64,000 nucleotides of DNA from Alphaproteobacteria bacterium (GCA_965232515.1 CBDDPY010000002.1:1024001-1088000); one strand, 5' to 3'. Numbered from the stretch's first letter, positions 30,047 to 40,110 are shown. The notes: generated by a model from the letters alone, not told the origin. Program-made: numbers and translations.

Positions 30047-30730
30047 GTGCGCGCACGTAGCTCACATCTCTTTTCCGCCGTCGGCGTTTTCCTGGCCATT
30101 GCCATCGCCATAACGGCAACGGCCGTCTCGGCGCAGAGCAATGCGCCGACGACGGACAAACTCGCCTTCGAGGTGCTGCGCAAGGGTAAGCCAATCGGCA
30201 CGCACACGATCGCGTTCAAGCCGAACGGCGATGCGTTGCAGGTCGACATCGATATCAGGCTCGACGTCAAGTTCCTGATGTTCAACGCCTACAGCTATCG
30301 GCATAGAAACCAGGAGCTCTGGCGCGACGGCCGCCTGGTTCAGATCGAGACAAAGACCGACGACGACGGCGAGAGCTTCTTCGTCGAAGGCCGCGCCAAC
30401 GGCAAGGGCTTCGAGGTGAACGGCAGCGGCGGCGACGCAGTCGCCCCGGCGGACATCATCCCCACCAGTTACTGGGATCCGGCGATCGTGAAGCAGGACA
30501 AGCTGCTGAACACGCAGACCGGCGAGCTGATGGAGGTGTCGGTCGAACCCGGCGACGAGACCGAAATCGTTGTTGGGGATAAGACGGTCGACGCCCGGCA
30601 CTACGTGATGTCCGGGGACCTCGATCTGGAGCTCTGGTACGATCCGGCCGGCACGCTGAAACGAATCCGCTTCGAAGCCAGCGACGGATCGACCATCGAC
30701 TACCGGGCGATGGTGCCGGGGCAAGGGTGA
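30047..30730 (+). CDS. Exported DUF6134-like beta-rich protein
   Basis: Signal peptide; RKGKPIGTH, YRHRNQELW, PTSYW, LLNTQTG, LWYD. Confidence 0.75.
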   Translation: MRARSSHLFSAVGVFLAIAIAITATAVSAQSNAPTTDKLAFEVLRKGKPIGTHTIAFKPNGDALQVDIDIRLDVKFLMFNAYSYRHRNQELWRDGRLVQIETKTDDDGESFFVEGRANGKGFEVNGSGGDAVAPADIIPTSYWDPAIVKQDKLLNTQTGELMEVSVEPGDETEIVVGDKTVDARHYVMSGDLDLELWYDPAGTLKRIRFEASDGSTIDYRAMVPGQG

Positions 30731-30754
30731 TCGAAGCGGTGCACCGGACGCGTA

Positions 30755-31507
30755 ATGCGGGGTAGCGGTTGCGTCTGGATTACCGGCGCCAGCACCGGCC
30801 TCGGCCGTGCTATCGCATTACGTTTCGCTGCCGCCGGTCATCGCGTCGCGGCATCCGCCCGCGGTCTTGAGCAACTGCAATCGCTTGCTGACGACGCTGA
30901 AGGCGAGGTGACTCCCAAGCCGCTCGACGTCACCGACCGCGCAGCGACCGCCGCGACGATCGCCGAGATCGAGGAAACCTGCGGTCCAATCGACATCGCC
31001 ATCCTCAACGCCGGCACCCATCTGCCGATGGCGGCCGACAAATACAACGCCGATACCGTGGCGAAGCTGCTCGAGGTCAACGTCATGGGGGTCGCGCACG
31101 GGCTGGAGGCCCTGTTGCCGCGCATGATCGAGCGCCGCGCCGGTACCGTCGCCGTGGTCTCGTCCGTCGCCGGCTATCGCGGCCTGCCAACAGCCGCTGC
31201 CTATGGCGCCAGCAAGGCCGCGCTGATCAACATGTGCGAGAGTCTGAAGCTGGAGCTGGACCAGCACGGCGTACGGCTGGTGCTGATCAACCCGGGCTTC
31301 ATCGACACGCCGCTGACGGCCAAGAATCCATTCCCGATGCCATTCCTGATGCCGGCGGACAAAGCGGCCGAGCGGGTCTATCGCGGCCTGATCCACGGCA
31401 GCGGCTTCGAGATCACCTTTCCGCGCCGGTTCACCTGGATGCTGAAGTTTTTGCGCATGCTGCCGTATCGGCTGTATTTCGCGGCAACGCGGAAGACGGT
31501 GCCGTGA
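30755..31507 (+). CDS. SDR family oxidoreductase
   Basis: WITGASTGLG, NAG, YGASK, NPGFIDTPLT. Confidence 0.92.
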   Translation: MRGSGCVWITGASTGLGRAIALRFAAAGHRVAASARGLEQLQSLADDAEGEVTPKPLDVTDRAATAATIAEIEETCGPIDIAILNAGTHLPMAADKYNADTVAKLLEVNVMGVAHGLEALLPRMIERRAGTVAVVSSVAGYRGLPTAAAYGASKAALINMCESLKLELDQHGVRLVLINPGFIDTPLTAKNPFPMPFLMPADKAAERVYRGLIHGSGFEITFPRRFTWMLKFLRMLPYRLYFAATRKTVP

Positions 31508-31950
31508 CGGCTGCCAGTCTCGACGCGGCGGTGGCCGCCTACGAGGTCTACTTCGCCGGTCTGACGCCCGAGACGGTGGCCGATCTGCGCGATCTCGCCG
31601 CGGCCGACATGCGGTTCCGCGATCCCTTCAACGACGTACAAGGCGTCGAAAAGGTCATCCGCCTGCTGCTGATGTCGTTCGAGGACACCGAGGGCATGCG
31701 GTTCGAATTCATCGACCGGGCGGTCTCGGACCACGTCTGCTATTACCGCTGGCGTTGTCTGTTCACGCCGAAACGCATGCCGAAGTCCGGCATCTGGACC
31801 TTCGACGGCATGAGCGAGGTGGCGTTCGATCCGCAAGGGCGGGTGGTCTCCCACATCGACCACTGGGATGCGTCAACCCAGTTCTATGCCCGGCTGCCGG
31901 TCGTCGGCAGCCTGATCCGCCTGGTGCGCCGCCGCCTCGCTGTCGACTAA
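31504..31950 (+). CDS. SnoaL-like / NTF2-fold protein
   Basis: GTGA overlap with the SDR; FRDPFNDVQG, GMSEV, HIDHWD. Confidence 0.85.
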   Translation: MTAASLDAAVAAYEVYFAGLTPETVADLRDLAAADMRFRDPFNDVQGVEKVIRLLLMSFEDTEGMRFEFIDRAVSDHVCYYRWRCLFTPKRMPKSGIWTFDGMSEVAFDPQGRVVSHIDHWDASTQFYARLPVVGSLIRLVRRRLAVD

Positions 31951-33320
31951 GCGGCCGCCGTCTGGGCCGCGGCGCGACGGTCGATCCGGGCGCGCAGCCG
32001 AGCCTGGCGCTTGGCGTCGATGGGATAGCCCCAGATGAAGGCGATCGAGCAGAGCTTGATGACGATGGGCGCGCCGCCGTAGAGCAGCGACAGGGCCAGC
32101 AGAGCACCGGCGTCATTGTCGCCGGCGGCCTCGAAGCCAGTCAGGTCGAGAAGCGGGAAGGCGAGCCCGACAGCCAGCGCCAGGGCCAGCTTGGTGGCCA
32201 TGCTCCAGAGCGCGAAATATAGGCCTGTCCGCTGGGCGCCCGAACGCAGCGTATCGAGGTCTACGACGTCGGCCTGCATGGACGCCGGCAGCGCCAGGTC
32301 GGCGCCGAGGCAAAAGCCGGTCAGGATGCAGACAGCCATGAATGGCCAGACATCGCCGGGTCCGAGAAACGGCACCGCGGCGAAGAACAGGCATGTCACG
32401 GCCATGCCCACCGACCAGCTGCGGTGCTTGCCGAAACGGTAGCTGATCCGCAGCCAGAGCGGCACCGACAGCACGCCGCAGAGGAAATAGACGAGCAGCA
32501 GCAGACCGGCCTGTTCCGGCGTCGCCAGCACGTTCTCGACGAACAGAAGGAACAGCGTGGCCGTGAAGCCGTTGGCCGTGCCGTTCAGCAGATAAGCCAG
32601 CAGCAGTCTCCGAAACGGGCCGTTGCGCCAGACCAGACGCAGACCGTGGCGCAGGTTGACCGACGTGACCGATCGGACGCTCGGCTCCGGCACCCGGAAC
32701 AAGGCCAGCAGCATGGTGAGCGGTAGCCCGACGCCGACGAAAATTGCCAGGACGTAAAGCGTCTCGGCCTTGCCGCTGCCGACGACGTCCATCACTTCCG
32801 GCAGGATGGCCGGCAAGGCCGCGGCCAGAACGGTGCCCAGCACCACGCAGGCTTCCCGCGCGCCAACCACCCGGGTGCGTTCGTTATAGTTGCCCGAAAG
32901 TTCCGCGCCCCAAGCCGTGTAGGGCAACAACACCAGCGTCCATCCAACATAGAGCGCCAGGGTCCAGCCCAGCAGATAGCCGACTCCAACCGTTTCCGGC
33001 GGCACGAACAGCAGATAGATCGCCACCACGATCAGCGGCACGCCGACGACGATCCAGGACTTGCGGCGTCCCCAGCGAAACGCGATCCGGTCGCTGAAGA
33101 ACCCGACCAGCGGATCCGACACCACGTCGAACAACCGCGCGAACAACAGGACCGCGCCCACGGCCGTCAATCCCAGGCCCAGGTCCTGGGCGTAAAACGC
33201 CGGCAGGTAGATGTAGATGGGCAGCGTGAGCGCGGCCAACGGCAGGCCGGGCAAGGCATAGAACAGGAGTTGATTGAACGGCAGGCGATCGGTCGACGCC
33301 GCCCGATCCGGGCTAGTCAC
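31947..33320 (-). CDS. MFS_2 / GPH-family transporter
   Basis: About 12 TMs; ARLFDVVSDPLVG, WGRRK, AWGAELS, ADVVD. Confidence 0.9.
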   Translation of the reverse strand: MTSPDRAASTDRLPFNQLLFYALPGLPLAALTLPIYIYLPAFYAQDLGLGLTAVGAVLLFARLFDVVSDPLVGFFSDRIAFRWGRRKSWIVVGVPLIVVAIYLLFVPPETVGVGYLLGWTLALYVGWTLVLLPYTAWGAELSGNYNERTRVVGAREACVVLGTVLAAALPAILPEVMDVVGSGKAETLYVLAIFVGVGLPLTMLLALFRVPEPSVRSVTSVNLRHGLRLVWRNGPFRRLLLAYLLNGTANGFTATLFLLFVENVLATPEQAGLLLLVYFLCGVLSVPLWLRISYRFGKHRSWSVGMAVTCLFFAAVPFLGPGDVWPFMAVCILTGFCLGADLALPASMQADVVDLDTLRSGAQRTGLYFALWSMATKLALALAVGLAFPLLDLTGFEAAGDNDAGALLALSLLYGGAPIVIKLCSIAFIWGYPIDAKRQARLRARIDRRAAAQTAAA

Positions 33321-34572
33321 GCGCCAGGGCCAGCTGTTTTACGTCGGTGAAATCGGCCCGGAAGCCGGCTTCGCAATAGGCGAGGTAATACTCCCACATC
33401 CGTCGGAAACGTTGATCGAACCCAAGCGGCTCGATCTGCGGCCAGGCCGACAGAAAGCGTTGACGCCAGTCGGCCAGCGTTCGGGCGTAATCGCCGCCAT
33501 AGTCCCGATCGCCGCGCCAGTGCAAACCGGCCGCCTGCGCCTGCTTGCGCAGGCTAGCCGGCGACAGCAGGCAGCCGCCGGGGAAGATGTAGCGCTGAAT
33601 GAAATCGGCCTTGCTGCGATAGGCGTCGAAATACCTGTCGGCCATGGTGATGACCTGAATGCCGGCCACGCCGCCCGGCTTCAGGCAGTCGCGGACCTTG
33701 GCAAAAAACGTCGGCCAATACTTCTCGCCGACCGCCTCCAGCATCTCAATGGAGGCGATGCGGTCGTAACCGCCGCTGACGTCGCGATAGTCCTGCAGAC
33801 GAATATCGACCTTTTCGGCAAGCCCTTTCTCGAACATACGCTGTTTCGAATAGTCGTGCTGCTCGCGCGAGATCGTCAGCCCGGTGACGCGGCAGCCGAT
33901 ATGCTTGGCCGCGAACTCGGCGAACCCGCCCCAGCCGCAACCGATTTCGAGCACGTGGTGATCGGGTCCGATGCCCGCGGCCTCGGCGAGACGCGCATAC
34001 TTCTGATGTTGCGCGGCTTCGAGACTGTTTGCGCCATTGCCGTAGACAGCCGACGAGTAGGTCATGCTCGAATCCAGCCAGCGGCCGTAAAACGCATTCC
34101 CCAGGTCGTAGTGATGCGCGATGTTACGCCGGCTGCCGGAGCGGGAATTCGATCGCAGCAAATGGAACACCCGGTTCAACAACCGCTGTACCAATTTTCC
34201 GCGCAGCATCTCGTCGTCGAACACGGCCTCGTTGCGCCCTGCGAAGTAGAGCAGGGACAGCAAGTCCGGCGTGTCGAAGTCGCCATCCATATAGCTCTCG
34301 GCGAAGCCGACGCCGCCATTCAGAAGCAGTCGCCTTGGCGCCAGTTCGTTGCGCAACAGCATTTCGCCCTCGGGACCGTCTTCGGGTCCCTGCATGCGAT
34401 AGCGCCGCCCATCCGGCAATTGCACGGTCAGCGCGCCGTAGCGGGCCTGCGTGCTGATGGCCAGAAACAAACGCGTCAAGCGACGGGCATTCGGCACCTG
34501 CAAACCGTCGCGCACCGTTTCCAGCACCACCGCGTCGGCGCCACGGCAGATATCCTGCATCTCCAGCACCAT
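33313..34572 (-). CDS. cfa: Cfa-family SAM-dependent fatty-acyl methyltransferase (CfaS/UfaM-like)
   Basis: GFAESYMDG, NIAHHYDLGNAFY, LEIGCGWG, FIQRYIFPGG, YYLAYCEAGF. Confidence 0.9.
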   Translation of the reverse strand: MVLEMQDICRGADAVVLETVRDGLQVPNARRLTRLFLAISTQARYGALTVQLPDGRRYRMQGPEDGPEGEMLLRNELAPRRLLLNGGVGFAESYMDGDFDTPDLLSLLYFAGRNEAVFDDEMLRGKLVQRLLNRVFHLLRSNSRSGSRRNIAHHYDLGNAFYGRWLDSSMTYSSAVYGNGANSLEAAQHQKYARLAEAAGIGPDHHVLEIGCGWGGFAEFAAKHIGCRVTGLTISREQHDYSKQRMFEKGLAEKVDIRLQDYRDVSGGYDRIASIEMLEAVGEKYWPTFFAKVRDCLKPGGVAGIQVITMADRYFDAYRSKADFIQRYIFPGGCLLSPASLRKQAQAAGLHWRGDRDYGGDYARTLADWRQRFLSAWPQIEPLGFDQRFRRMWEYYLAYCEAGFRADFTDVKQLALARD

Positions 34573-34574
34573 CT

Positions 34575-35405
34575 CTATTCCGCCGCGCCGGCCAATCGCG
34601 CATCCCCCGACGCCGCCGGCCGTTCGCTGCGCGGACCGTACGACGCCTCACGATCGGGAGCCGGCGGCCTCCCGTGATACTTGGCTCCCTTAAGCCAGAT
34701 CCACAAAGCCTCCCAGTGGATGGCAGAGATGATTTTAAGGGTCATGAGCGGATACTGGCAAAATGCTTTCAACAGGGTCGCATCGCTCAATTCGACGCGC
34801 CGGCCCGTCAATGCGGCGATTAGTTGCGGCCCCTGTGGCACGCTTTGCCGAATGACGATCGAAAGATCCTCGGCCGGCGGCCGGATCAGGAACCGGTAAT
34901 CCGATTGCATGCCAATAAACGGCGATACATGGAACTGCTTGGCGCAGCGCTGCCGCACCTGAGCTTCGTTGACGCCGGCGGGCAGCGGCAGCACATAGCA
35001 ATGCTGCTCGCCGAACGTGTTCTTGACCTCGTAGATGATGGCGCGCAGCCGGTCTGCGGCGTCGTGGCAGAAGAAGACGCTCAACGGATTGAACACGTAG
35101 CCGAGAATGCGCGGATAGCACAGGATCGAAACACGGCCGCCTTCAAGGTCGATGTTATCGCGCGCCAGCAGCTCTTCGGCCCATGAACGCAACGGCGTAC
35201 CGTCGCGACGGCCATGGTCCTTGTCGTGGAAGCTGAACAGATTGAACCGGTTGTGCGAGAACAAGCGCAGTTGCGCCGCATCCGCGTCAATGCGGTCAAT
35301 GTCGAGCCACATCGAGAACACGCGATAGGTGAACCGGTGTCGGAACGGCCGCAGCCGGTGATGCATCACACGGCCGAAATACAGGCTGGACTCCGCCTGG
35401 GTCAT
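34575..35405 (-). CDS. DUF1365 protein (RSP1090/UfaO-like)
   Basis: VMHHRLRPFRHRFTY, PRILGYVFNPLS, EVKNTFGEQH, FHVSPF, IHWEALWIWLKG. Confidence 0.9.
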   Translation of the reverse strand: MTQAESSLYFGRVMHHRLRPFRHRFTYRVFSMWLDIDRIDADAAQLRLFSHNRFNLFSFHDKDHGRRDGTPLRSWAEELLARDNIDLEGGRVSILCYPRILGYVFNPLSVFFCHDAADRLRAIIYEVKNTFGEQHCYVLPLPAGVNEAQVRQRCAKQFHVSPFIGMQSDYRFLIRPPAEDLSIVIRQSVPQGPQLIAALTGRRVELSDATLLKAFCQYPLMTLKIISAIHWEALWIWLKGAKYHGRPPAPDREASYGPRSERPAASGDARLAGAAE

Positions 35406-35411
35406 TGTCGT

Positions 35412-36749
35412 TCAGTCCCCCGCCGCGGCCAGCGCCGCATCGTCCCGCCAGAGCGCCGGCGGCGGCGACAGCAACCGGCGCTTGCCCGCCACCCATGGTC
35501 GCTTGACGCCCAGCGCCTCGGCAACCTCCAGGCCCGACGTGAAGGCGTCCTCGTGGAAGCCGTAGCCGAAATAGCTGCCGCAGAACCAGATGCGGTCGGT
35601 TCCCTGCAGACGGTCGAGGCATTGTTGCGCCGCCAGCGCCGGAGCGTCGAACAGCGGATGATCGTAGGTCATTTCCGCCAGGACCAACTCGTCGCGCGGC
35701 TGCTCGTTCGGATTGACAGTGGCGAACAGCGGACAGCTCTGATCGATGTTCTGCAGCTTGTTCATCCAATAGGTCAGCGAGACAGTATCCCCGCTATGGT
35801 CCATCGACTCGGCGGTGTAGTTCCAGCTTGACCAGATCCGACGCCGCCGCGGCATCAACGCGCTGTCACGATGCAACACGGCCCGGTTCGCCTGGTAGGA
35901 GAAGGCGCCCAGCAGCTCACGCTCATCGTCGGTCGGTTCGGCCAGCATCGCCAATGCCTGATCGGCGTGGCTGGCGATTACGACATGGTCGAATCGTTGG
36001 TGCCGGCCGCGCGCATCGCGCAGAAGCACACCGCTCGGCTCGCGCTTGACGGCGATGACGGGCGTGTTCAGCAAGATCTGGCCAGGCATCTGTTGCAGAA
36101 TGCGTTCGACATAGCTGCGGCTGCCGTTGGTTACCGTGCGCCACAGCGGCTGATCGTTCACCGTCAGCAGGCCGTGGTTGGCGAAGAAGCGGACAAACGA
36201 CTCGGCCGGAAAGCGAAGCATGCCGTCAACCGAGCACGACCAGATCGCCGCGCCCATAGGCAGCAGATACCAACGCCGGAATGGATCGCCGTATCCGCCG
36301 GCATCCAAATAGTCGCCGAGCGTCAGTCCGGCCAGGCGACCGGCGGCCAGGTCCGGCGCCGCGGACCGATTGAACCGCAGCAGGTCGAGCAGCATGCGGA
36401 TAAAACGCGGCCGCGCGAGATTGTGCGCCTGCGCGAAAACGGTGACCAGGTTGGTGCCGGCCCACTCCAAACCGCCGCAGCCGGTATGGACGGAAAACGA
36501 CATCTGGCTGGCTTCCGTCGCGACATCCAGATGCCGGAACAGGGCTGACAGGTTCGGATAGTTGGGTTCGTTGTAGACGATGAAGCCGGTGTCGACCGAT
36601 ATCGTCTGGCCCTGCCAGGCGACGTCGTGGGTATGGCAATGACCGCCGGCATGTCCGCCGGCCTCGAACATCGTGACGTCGTGCTTTTTCGACAGCAGCC
36701 ATGCCGCGCCGAGACCTGCGGCACCGCTGCCGACAACTGCAATACGCAT
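35412..36749 (-). CDS. FAD-dependent oxidoreductase (RSP1091/UfaD-like)
   Basis: IAVVGSGAAG, VDTGFIVYNEPNYPN, FFANHGLL, WSSWNY, GYGFHED. Confidence 0.9.
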   Translation of the reverse strand: MRIAVVGSGAAGLGAAWLLSKKHDVTMFEAGGHAGGHCHTHDVAWQGQTISVDTGFIVYNEPNYPNLSALFRHLDVATEASQMSFSVHTGCGGLEWAGTNLVTVFAQAHNLARPRFIRMLLDLLRFNRSAAPDLAAGRLAGLTLGDYLDAGGYGDPFRRWYLLPMGAAIWSCSVDGMLRFPAESFVRFFANHGLLTVNDQPLWRTVTNGSRSYVERILQQMPGQILLNTPVIAVKREPSGVLLRDARGRHQRFDHVVIASHADQALAMLAEPTDDERELLGAFSYQANRAVLHRDSALMPRRRRIWSSWNYTAESMDHSGDTVSLTYWMNKLQNIDQSCPLFATVNPNEQPRDELVLAEMTYDHPLFDAPALAAQQCLDRLQGTDRIWFCGSYFGYGFHEDAFTSGLEVAEALGVKRPWVAGKRRLLSPPPALWRDDAALAAAGD

Positions 36750-36752
36750 GAG

Positions 36753-38210
36753 CTAAGCAGCCCCCCTGGTGATCGTCTTGTACGCGGCGAGCGCGCGGTC
36801 ACGGGCCATGCCGTGGTCGACGATTCGATTTGGATAGATTTCGCCCAATTTGACATCCGATTGCAACAGCATCGCATCGGGCGCCGTCCATGGACGGTGG
36901 ATGTGGCTGTCCGGCAGCGCCGACAACTCCGGCACCCAGCGGCGAACATATGCGCCGTCGGGATCGAAGCGTTCGCCCTGGAGTACGGGATTGAAGATGC
37001 GGAAATAGGGCGCCGCATCCGCGCCGGATCCCGCCACCCATTGCCAACTGGCGGCGTTGTTGGCGAGATCGGCGTCGACGAGCGTATCCCAGAACCATGC
37101 CTCGCCGTGCCGCCAATCGAGCAACAGGTCCTTGATGAGAAACGAGGCGACGACCATTCGCACCCGGTTGTGCATCCAACCGGTGTGCCAGAGTTGGCGC
37201 ATCCCGGCATCGACAATGGGGTAACCGGTCTGCCCCCGCTGCCAGGCGCGCAGCAGAGCCGGATCGTCGACCCAGGGAAAGCTGTCAAAATCAACGCGAA
37301 GATTGCGTTCCGGCAAGCCGGGGAAATGGAACAGCAGATGATAGGAAAACTCGCGCCAGCCGATTTCACTCAGGAACTTCGCGGTCGACTTGCCTTTTGC
37401 CGAATCCACGCCGCCCGCAACGGCGTGCGACACCGCATGCCAGATCGTGCGCGGACTGATCTCGCCAAAGTGCAGGTACGGCGACAGGCGCGAGGTCGCG
37501 TCGACCGCCGGCAAGTCGCGTTCCGTGGCATAACCGGAAAGAGCGCGCTCCATAAATAACTGCAAGCGGTCGCGCGCGCCGGCTTCGCCCGGCACCCAAC
37601 TCTCCCGCAGCCCGGCGGCCCAATCGGGTTTCATCGGCCGGAGTTGCCAATCGGCCAGCTTGTCGCCATCCGGCGCGTCGCTCCAACCGCGGATGCGCTC
37701 CGGCGCCGGGCGCGGCGCCGCCGGCTCGGGCAGGCGCAGGCAGGCTTTCCAGAATGGCGTGAATGCCTTGTAGCGGTCGCCGGCCTGGTTGCGCACCTCC
37801 CATGGCTCGAACAGCAGATTGCCGTTGTAGCTTTCGGCGTCGACGCCCAGCGCCTTCAGATCGGCCTTGATGCGGCCGTCCCGGTCGACCGCAAAAGGTT
37901 CGTAGCAGCGGTTCCAGTAAACCGCCGCCGCCCCGGTCGAACGGACCAGTTCCACTATCACCTTGGCGGCGTCGCCGGACCGCAACAACAACGGTGCGCC
38001 GAGATCGGCGAGACCTTTGGCCAAGTTCTCGAGACTGCCGTGCAACCACCAACGGCCGGCGCCGCCGGCGCGCCAGCCGGCCGGCGTCTCGTCGTCAAGC
38101 ACGTAGACCGGCAGCACCGGACGGCCGCTATCCACGGCGGCTATCAGTGCCGGATTGTCAGAAAGTCGGAGGTCCTGCCGGAACCAGACAATAACGGGAT
38201 GTTCGACCAA
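36753..38210 (-). CDS. phrA: Class I deoxyribodipyrimidine photolyase
   Basis: WFRQDLRLSDNPAL, SRLSPYLHFGEISP, TGYPIVDAGMRQLWHTGWMHNRVRM, DAAPYFRIFNP. Start uncertain (TTG 38210; ORF open to 38246). Confidence 0.93.
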   Translation of the reverse strand: MVEHPVIVWFRQDLRLSDNPALIAAVDSGRPVLPVYVLDDETPAGWRAGGAGRWWLHGSLENLAKGLADLGAPLLLRSGDAAKVIVELVRSTGAAAVYWNRCYEPFAVDRDGRIKADLKALGVDAESYNGNLLFEPWEVRNQAGDRYKAFTPFWKACLRLPEPAAPRPAPERIRGWSDAPDGDKLADWQLRPMKPDWAAGLRESWVPGEAGARDRLQLFMERALSGYATERDLPAVDATSRLSPYLHFGEISPRTIWHAVSHAVAGGVDSAKGKSTAKFLSEIGWREFSYHLLFHFPGLPERNLRVDFDSFPWVDDPALLRAWQRGQTGYPIVDAGMRQLWHTGWMHNRVRMVVASFLIKDLLLDWRHGEAWFWDTLVDADLANNAASWQWVAGSGADAAPYFRIFNPVLQGERFDPDGAYVRRWVPELSALPDSHIHRPWTAPDAMLLQSDVKLGEIYPNRIVDHGMARDRALAAYKTITRGAA

Positions 38211-38312
38211 GTTTTCCGTTCTCTGCCACGCAAAGAATGAGCGCAAACCACGTCCGGAGACGCCAAGCGAACCGCCGTGTTCCAGCGGTTCGCTTTGTTA
38301 CAAACTACGCTC

Positions 38313-38341
38313 TTCTACGATTTTTCGATGCGTTCAGATCA
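38313..38341 (-). promoter_or_regulatory. sigmaE-type promoter upstream of the photolyase operon
   Basis: Minus strand TGATCT-N18-TAGAA (preceded by CG), same geometry as the chrR promoter. Confidence 0.7.
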
Positions 38342-38364
38342 CAGAAATCGAATAAACCTGCACC

Positions 38365-40110
38365 CTAGGGCTGCTGCATTTCCATCAAGGCCGTAAAGGC
38401 GTTTTCGCCGTTAAGCATAACCTGACCGTCCCGCCGGACCTCCAGGCGGTAGGTCAGGGAATCGCCCTGCTGAACTCCCTTGTCGGCGAAGCTCTGCAGG
38501 GCCTTGACGACATCCGGCGAGGGCGCTCCCGAGACATCGCCGGCCATGTAGCTCTTGACCAAGTCGGTCAGGCCCGCGAGCCGCAGATCGAAAGCGCCGA
38601 CCACGCCGAGCGGCGTCGATGCATCCGCCTTCAGAGCGCCGGATAGATCGCCGGACAGCTTCGGCGCTTCGAATTCGCCATTCTCGATGCTGAGGATCGT
38701 GCCGGCTTGCGTCAGCTCCTGGCGAAGCTGTTCGAACAAAACGCCGCTGGAGGTAACCTGGCCGAGCAGCGCGTATTCCAGCGCCATCACGCCGCCGCGC
38801 TTGGCCACGCTGGCAAGCGGAATGCGATCCAGCGTCGTGCGCAGGCGGAACTCCTGCGGCGACAAGCCATCGTCGACGCCGGTCCGCGCCGATTTCACGC
38901 CGCCATGACCATAGTCCAGGATGAAGTTCGACAGCGGCTGATCGAGATTTTCGAATGCCAGTGTCAGATGCGCGTCGGCCAGCTGCAGATCGCCGTTACG
39001 GCTGCCGACGACATTCAGATCCTTTACGGCGAAATTGAACGCCACGCCGCCCAGCAATCCGGTCACATCAAACTCGGGCTGGCCGTGGCCCTGCTGCCGG
39101 TTCGACTCAAGCTCCTGGGCGATATTGGTATAGCGCTCCATGTCGAACTTGGTGAATTCGGCGCCGACCGTCAGTTCGCCCAATTGAAAGCTGTTCCCGG
39201 CATCGGCCAAAGCCTTAATACCGCGCAGGCTGAACGTGGCGGGTCCTGACCAAAGGCCATCCGTTTCCTGCAGGTCGCTATTGATCGCAATCGTCTCGAT
39301 AGTCGCGCGATCGGCCTGGCCACGCGCCTGAATGACTGTCTGGCTCAGCTCGACATCCGTGAAGATCACGGCCTGCAACAGACGGTCCCAACGAATCTTC
39401 GCGCGACGGGAACCGAACGTTACGTCAGTGACGATATCGGTCTGCGCGCTGCGGACGACGAGCGCCGCCGGCAAATCGATTTCGATATCGTAGAGCCGGT
39501 CGTCGCTGACATTCACCCGGCCGGTCACGGTGCCGATCTCGACATCGCTGCCGCGGCCGCTGACCAGGTAGATGTCGCTCACCTTCACATCGTAGCCGGC
39601 ATCGTTCCCAGTGACCGTGACGTCGCCATAGCTCAGTCGGCCGCTGCGCTCGCCGACGCTCTGGTCGACCTGCGCGAGCATGTCCTTGACGGCGAATTCG
39701 ACGCGCTCGCGCTCATCGCGCGGCTCGCGGTTCGTTACCACCTTCTTCTCGGACATGCGCGGCTGGGTCGCGGTGGGCCGGTCGGCGGGCTGCGCCGGCG
39801 CCTCGGCCACATCCCGGCCCATCGCCTGCAAGGCGCTGCGGGCCGGCTCATATCCCTGCCTGGCTGCCATCTGATACCACTCGGCCGCGACCTCCGGATC
39901 GGCGGCGACGCCGATGCCGAGATGATACATAGTGCCGAGGCTGAACTGCGAGCGGGCGTCGCCGGCGTTCGCTTCCGCCATCCAGGCCGCCATGGCGCCG
40001 TCGTAATCGCCGGCCTGAAACCGCCGCTGTCCGTCGCTGAAATCGGCCAAAGCCGGGGCCGACAGTCCGACGGCCAAGGCCGCCGCGATGAACACTCGCT
40101 TCATGGTCAT
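38365..40110 (-). CDS. Exported Sel1-repeat protein with a large beta-rich C-terminal domain
   Basis: Signal peptide; SQFSLGTMYHLGIGVAADPEVAAEWYQMAARQG; the C-terminal domain loosely resembles DUF2125/YdgA. Confidence 0.75.
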   Translation of the reverse strand: MTMKRVFIAAALAVGLSAPALADFSDGQRRFQAGDYDGAMAAWMAEANAGDARSQFSLGTMYHLGIGVAADPEVAAEWYQMAARQGYEPARSALQAMGRDVAEAPAQPADRPTATQPRMSEKKVVTNREPRDERERVEFAVKDMLAQVDQSVGERSGRLSYGDVTVTGNDAGYDVKVSDIYLVSGRGSDVEIGTVTGRVNVSDDRLYDIEIDLPAALVVRSAQTDIVTDVTFGSRRAKIRWDRLLQAVIFTDVELSQTVIQARGQADRATIETIAINSDLQETDGLWSGPATFSLRGIKALADAGNSFQLGELTVGAEFTKFDMERYTNIAQELESNRQQGHGQPEFDVTGLLGGVAFNFAVKDLNVVGSRNGDLQLADAHLTLAFENLDQPLSNFILDYGHGGVKSARTGVDDGLSPQEFRLRTTLDRIPLASVAKRGGVMALEYALLGQVTSSGVLFEQLRQELTQAGTILSIENGEFEAPKLSGDLSGALKADASTPLGVVGAFDLRLAGLTDLVKSYMAGDVSGAPSPDVVKALQSFADKGVQQGDSLTYRLEVRRDGQVMLNGENAFTALMEMQQP

